From an uncultured virus (IMG/VR IMGVR_UViG_3300042526_000204) (lineage: Duplodnaviria > Heunggongvirae > Uroviricota > Caudoviricetes): a stretch of 64,000 nt of DNA. Below the pieces are notes generated by a model. It saw only the letters and a program-made list of their open reading frames with translations, searched no databases and had not been told where the DNA came from. The stretch lies in IMG/VR virus record IMGVR_UViG_3300042526_000204. One strand, 5' to 3'. Positions within the stretch are counted from its first letter, which is position 1, and the number at the start of each line of letters is the position of its first letter. The translations under genes and the position numbers were made by a program. Positions 63,474 through 64,000 of this stretch are shown piece by piece.

Positions 63474-64000
63474 TTATCTTTCTGATTGTTTTTTATCCAA
63501 AGCTGAGAAGTTAAAGATTAATCTTGTATCAGCAAAGTTATCAAATATTAACCTTACCACCAAGAACTTATCTCTGAAACTTTCTAACTGTGACCAATCC
63601 TTATTGTAATCAATAGCACTAGGATTAACTACCTTATCTATGTAATAATTACTTTGAAGAGAAGCTATATTTTTTAAGAACATAGGTACAGTATGAGCTC
63701 CAAAAAGGTTGTCTTGTTTTCTATAATCTTTAAGGTTGTTAAGAGTCCAGTCTCTTTCATTTCTATCTACTGTTACTACTCCTGGAGTATTACTAGTCTG
63801 TTGGAAGAAATAGTTGGTGCTATCATTTTGTTTAGGTGCTAAAGTAAGCATTCCAGTAGTTTGTAAAGTATTATAGAATACCCCTTTGTTAAAAGTCATA
63901 TTAGGTTGATCTAAATACTCTTCTGAAACAGGGTCAAACTTCTTAGCTTCAGTTTGAAATAATATGTTATCCCAAACCTTAGTTGTTAAAGGTGAAGGGT
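63474..64000 (-). CDS. Tail stabilization/nozzle-type protein, C-terminal part (starts outside the window)
   Basis: The frame is open from the window edge (PSPLTTKVWDNILFQTEA...) through WTLNNLKD...FRDKFLVVRLIFDN, and it precedes the cargo genes. Confidence 0.65.
   Translation of the reverse strand, partial: PSPLTTKVWDNILFQTEAKKFDPVSEEYLDQPNMTFNKGVFYNTLQTTGMLTLAPKQNDSTNYFFQQTSNTPGVVTVDRNERDWTLNNLKDYRKQDNLFGAHTVPMFLKNIASLQSNYYIDKVVNPSAIDYNKDWSQLESFRDKFLVVRLIFDNFADTRLIFNFSALDKKQSER

Noticed and set aside
1..64000. Stop-codon reassignment (TAG or TGA), known in some crAss-like phages
   Set aside because: Genes up to 14 kb are uninterrupted in code 11, TAG and TGA end genes at sensible boundaries, and no suppressor tRNA was seen.

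Overview
This is an AT-rich fragment of a large lytic crAss-like (Crassvirales-related) dsDNA phage. The host is probably a Bacteroidota/Flavobacterium species, inferred from TAnnTTTG promoters, A-rich SD-less start regions and gene content. Three blocks are visible. (1) 1-7221, minus strand: portal (partial), large terminase, ferritin-like protein, GH108 endolysin, and IHF-like and wHTH proteins. (2) About 7600-37567, plus strand: small early genes with a repeated candidate phage-RNAP promoter, and an RNA island holding a tmRNA with a long tag plus an HNH-type endonuclease. These are followed by PolA, SF2 and DnaB-like helicases, a Sak4-like ATPase, primase, a degenerate uracil-DNA glycosylase, a Ubl-E2-JAB-E1 ubiquitin-like cassette, nucleases, an SPL-like radical SAM enzyme, GroES, MazG and a spanin-like protein. 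(3) 37605-64000, minus strand: giant virion cargo proteins, including a 4731-aa virion RNA polymerase polyprotein (DFDVD motif plus zincin), and a partial tail protein. The standard genetic code fits. The most notable system is the apparently complete phage-encoded ubiquitin-like conjugation operon at 24497-28203. All family calls come from motif recognition by eye; no searches were run.
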